Virus record (IMG/VR): IMGVR_UViG_2693429524_000011 | DNA length: 8,999 nucleotides | Source of the DNA: a virus | Taxonomy: Duplodnaviria; Heunggongvirae; Uroviricota; Caudoviricetes | Reading direction: 5' to 3' (one strand) | Notes under the pieces: model-generated | Seen by the model: the letters and a program-made list of their open reading frames with translations, nothing else | Database searches by the model: none | What the model was told of the DNA's origin: nothing | Shown: positions 7,418 to 8,999 of the stretch, one piece after another | Numbering within the stretch: position 1 is the first letter of the stretch | Layout of the letters: the number at the start of each line of letters is the position of its first letter | Made by a program: the position numbers and the translations under genes

Positions 7418-7558
7418 TTACTCAAAAAAAAGCGACGAGAAAATCAGCATCAACGAACAATAAGCGCCAATACGTGATAACAAATGGCAGCCATATTTAT
7501 CTGCAGTATAAGCAATGGACAGGATAACCACACCAGAAACCGTCAGCATAAAATCCAT
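7418..7558 (-). CDS. Candidate 44-aa hydrophobic small protein (not in the ORF track, which omits ORFs under 60 aa)
   Basis: Hand translation of the minus strand from ATG at 7558: MDFMLTVSGVVILSIAYTADKYGCHLLSRIGAYCSLMLIFSSLFFE*, with stop at plus 7418-7420. GGGGAAG lies about 7 nt upstream of the ATG. It has two hydrophobic stretches and sits in an AT-rich intergenic region. Confidence 0.35.
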   Translation of the reverse strand: MDFMLTVSGVVILSIAYTADKYGCHLLSRIGAYCSLMLIFSSLFFE

Positions 7559-8203
7559 TTGAACTTCCCCGGACAAAATCGACTCATCTAAAGATTTACA
7601 GCTCTTTTTATTATCAATATGTTAAAAGTAAAATAAACAGATGTTCAATAACACGAATACAAAAACGTGCTGAAATTCAATGAATCCATTTCTGTGTCAT
7701 CAATTAATAGTGATAAACATCCGGCTTCTTCCACCATCGCACCGGACAGGCGGCTATGAGGGGACAACGCCGCGCTCCGTTAACGCGGTAAACCCCGGTG
7801 TGTATCGTTTTTGATTATCCCCGCACACTCGCGCAGAAGGAATTCCCCGTCGGGCTACGGTCATGGTTAATGCGGGAATACGGCGACGATACAGCGCATA
7901 ATGTGTCAGGCTTGAATACCTTTATCCGTTAAAAGGGATATCAGTTAAGTTATCCCGTGTAGGGTATAAGCCATTGTCGAGACCACTCATTGAATGGCCT
8001 CTGCAATAACCGATGTCTTTCCATCAGTCCGCCACCACAAAGAATCTTTTTTGCCTTAAGGCTGGAGCTTCATCTTTCAGTGGCTGCCAGTGTTATTTCC
8101 CCACTTACTGGCTTGGGTTGTTTCGCTGTACTGCCGTAACTGGTTGCCAAGAATAAATTCTGGTTTCATTATCAAGCCCACCCGTAGATAGGCTTTGTCA
8201 TGG

Positions 8204-8491
8204 CTACTTCTTCAGAAATGATTCGATGAATTCACGTCGGGGATGACGATAGTTCAGAATATCTTCTGGCATCCTCATAAAGCGGTTGTTGCCGTCTTTG
8301 GCAGTAACAAAACAGCTGTGAACTCCGCAGACATCCGTTTTTATTGTGTCGCTATACTCAAAAAGCAACTGAGCCATCTTCTCTTGCCATTCTGGCGGCA
8401 TAGCCTCCATGAATACTCGCGGCATCACGCAGAACGGCGCATGCGTAAGACCAAACCACAGTTGCAGGTCTTTACGATATTCTTCATCCAT
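8204..8491 (-). CDS. Hypothetical 95-aa prophage cargo protein with a possible His/Cys metal-binding motif
   Basis: ORF-track protein MDEEYRKDLQLWFGLTHAPFCVMPRVFMEAMPPEWQEKMAQLLFEYSDTIKTDVCGVHSCFVTAKDGNNRFMRMPEDILNYRHPRREFIESFLKK. It is in late-operon orientation between the Rz remnant and cos, with a weak AAAGG Shine-Dalgarno. Contains H17, C21 and C55-x2-H58-x-C60. I do not recognise the family. Confidence 0.55.
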   Translation of the reverse strand: MDEEYRKDLQLWFGLTHAPFCVMPRVFMEAMPPEWQEKMAQLLFEYSDTIKTDVCGVHSCFVTAKDGNNRFMRMPEDILNYRHPRREFIESFLKK

Positions 8492-8509
8492 CGTCTTTAC
8501 CTTTGTTGC

Positions 8510-8535
8510 AATAAAAAGCCCCGCGAATGCGAGGC
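8510..8535 (-). terminator. Candidate intrinsic terminator on the minus strand, downstream of the Rz remnant
   Basis: Minus-strand RNA GCCUCGC-AUUC-GCGGGGC followed by UUUUUAUU: a 7-bp stem with one G-U pair and a 4-nt loop. The plus-strand equivalent has a C-A mismatch and no U-tract, so the signal is strand-specific. Confidence 0.45.
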
Positions 8536-8709
8536 TAAATCCTGGTATTTGTAATGACTGGCTCTTATCTCAACGCAGCCCCTTACCGCGCGCAAGATGC
8601 TCAATATCAAGCATCAGCAATGAGATGTTTAATCTGGATTCACTCCAGAAGTGTTCACCACCCTGTCTACAGAGCCAGATGTGAAGAATGATAAGTAAAA
8701 TTATCGCTA

Positions 8710-8875
8710 TCATCGAAGGCATTGCGTCCTGATGTATTCCTGAAGCGTTCTCAGTGCTGTTTGGTCGCTGATGATTCCGTCCCGGATACCGAGAACGTTT
8801 CGTCCAGCAACTGGAGAGAGTTCGACGGTGGCATCATTGCCCATGCCGGAGGCGCTGGAGGCTTCGGCTGAGGAT
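8710..8875 (-). pseudogene. Rz: C-terminal fragment of the Rz i-spanin, truncated at its 5' side by the IS insertion
   Basis: Minus-strand translation from the IS boundary: SSAEASSASGMGNDATVELSPVAGRNVLGIRDGIISDQTALRTLQEYIRTQCLR*. It resembles the lambda Rz C-terminus (...RLITMQKQLEGTQKYINEQCR*). Stop at plus 8710-8712. Confidence 0.7.
8751..8875 (-). pseudogene. Rz1: C-terminal fragment of the Rz1 o-spanin, embedded in Rz in the +1 frame; signal peptide and lipobox missing
   Basis: Minus-strand +1-frame translation PQPKPPAPPAWAMMPPSNSLQLLDETFSVSGTESSATKQH*, proline-rich like the lambda Rz1 stretch ...CVKPPPPPAWIMQPPPDWQ.... Stop at plus 8751-8753. Confidence 0.6.
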
Positions 8876-8999
8876 TGAACCGCCCCGGAAATCCTGGAGA
8901 CTAAACTCCCTGAGAAAGAGGTAAACAGGATGACTAAAAATACTCGTTTTTCCCCCGAAGTCCGTCAGCGGGCGATTCGTATGGTTCTGGAAAGTCAGG
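8876..8999 (+). mobile_element. Left end of an IS3-family insertion sequence (IS629/IS1203-like); continues past the window end
   Basis: Terminal sequence TGAACCGCCCCGGAAATCCTGGAGACTAAACTCCCTGAGAAAGAGGTAAACAGG precedes the orfA start; this matches my memory of the IS629 left inverted repeat region. The element abuts the truncated Rz/Rz1. Confidence 0.8.
8930..8999 (+). CDS. IS3-family transposase OrfA, N-terminal 23 codons (partial)
   Basis: Translation MTKNTRFSPEVRQRAIRMVLESQ... from ATG at 8930, with GAGG about 10 nt upstream. Recognised as the IS629/IS1203 OrfA N-terminus. Confidence 0.8.
   Translation, partial: MTKNTRFSPEVRQRAIRMVLESQ

Noticed and set aside
7680-7815. 44-codon plus-strand ORF (MNPFLCHQLIVINIRLLPPSHRTGGYEGTTPRSVNAVNPGVYRF) across the GC-rich island
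   Set aside because: No Shine-Dalgarno and an implausible composition. The region is better explained as structured non-coding sequence.
7960-8200. Three short consecutive minus-strand ORFs (about 24-30 codons each) that might be a frameshifted pseudogene
   Set aside because: Too short and too unlike anything I recognise to distinguish from chance ORFs in AT-rich DNA. An alignment to intact homologues would be needed.
8243-8684. Plus-strand ORFs 8243..8554 and 8409..8684
   Set aside because: They are antisense to the 95-aa ORF and the terminator region, have no Shine-Dalgarno and a low-complexity composition.
8572-8722. 50-codon minus-strand ORF (MPSMIAIILLILHIWLCRQGGEHFWSESRLNISLLMLDIEHLARGKGLR) between the Rz remnant and the terminator
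   Set aside because: Its start overlaps the end of the Rz fragment in another frame and I saw no convincing ribosome-binding site. It could be a real small membrane protein, but the sequence alone does not support calling it.
1-8999. CRISPR arrays, tRNA or rRNA genes, and a bor-like lipoprotein gene
   Set aside because: No regularly spaced direct repeats, no tRNA-like T-arm motif and no rRNA-like sequence were seen. The region where bor lies in lambda (roughly 7900-8200 here) has no ORF with a signal peptide and lipobox.

Overview
This window is the cos-proximal part of a lambda-like (lambdoid) prophage, read in reverse orientation, so the phage late genes are on the minus strand. All calls rest on my recognition of lambda protein sequences and on reading the sequence by hand; no database search or folding was run. 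From high to low coordinates: the left end of an IS3-family (IS629/IS1203-like) insertion sequence, which has cut into the Rz/Rz1 spanin genes; an AT-rich cargo region with a 95-aa orphan ORF, a GC-rich structured island, an unlisted 44-aa hydrophobic ORF and a 61-aa DUF3950-like ORF; the cos site; intact terminase small (Nu1) and large (A) subunit genes; a deletion scar; and the tail-tip genes K, I and the first ~897 codons of J. The most striking feature is the scar at ~4257: codon 7 of W is joined directly to the last ~72 codons of L, so the whole head and tail-shaft module (portal through most of L, roughly 11 kb in lambda) is missing. The element is therefore a defective prophage that keeps cos, a complete terminase and the tail-tip/host-specificity module. 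I did not find a recognisable defence system, CRISPR array or RNA gene; the candidates for something new are the small cargo ORFs and the structured island between Rz and cos. The many plus-strand ORFs in the track that lie opposite J, A and Nu1 are antisense artefacts.
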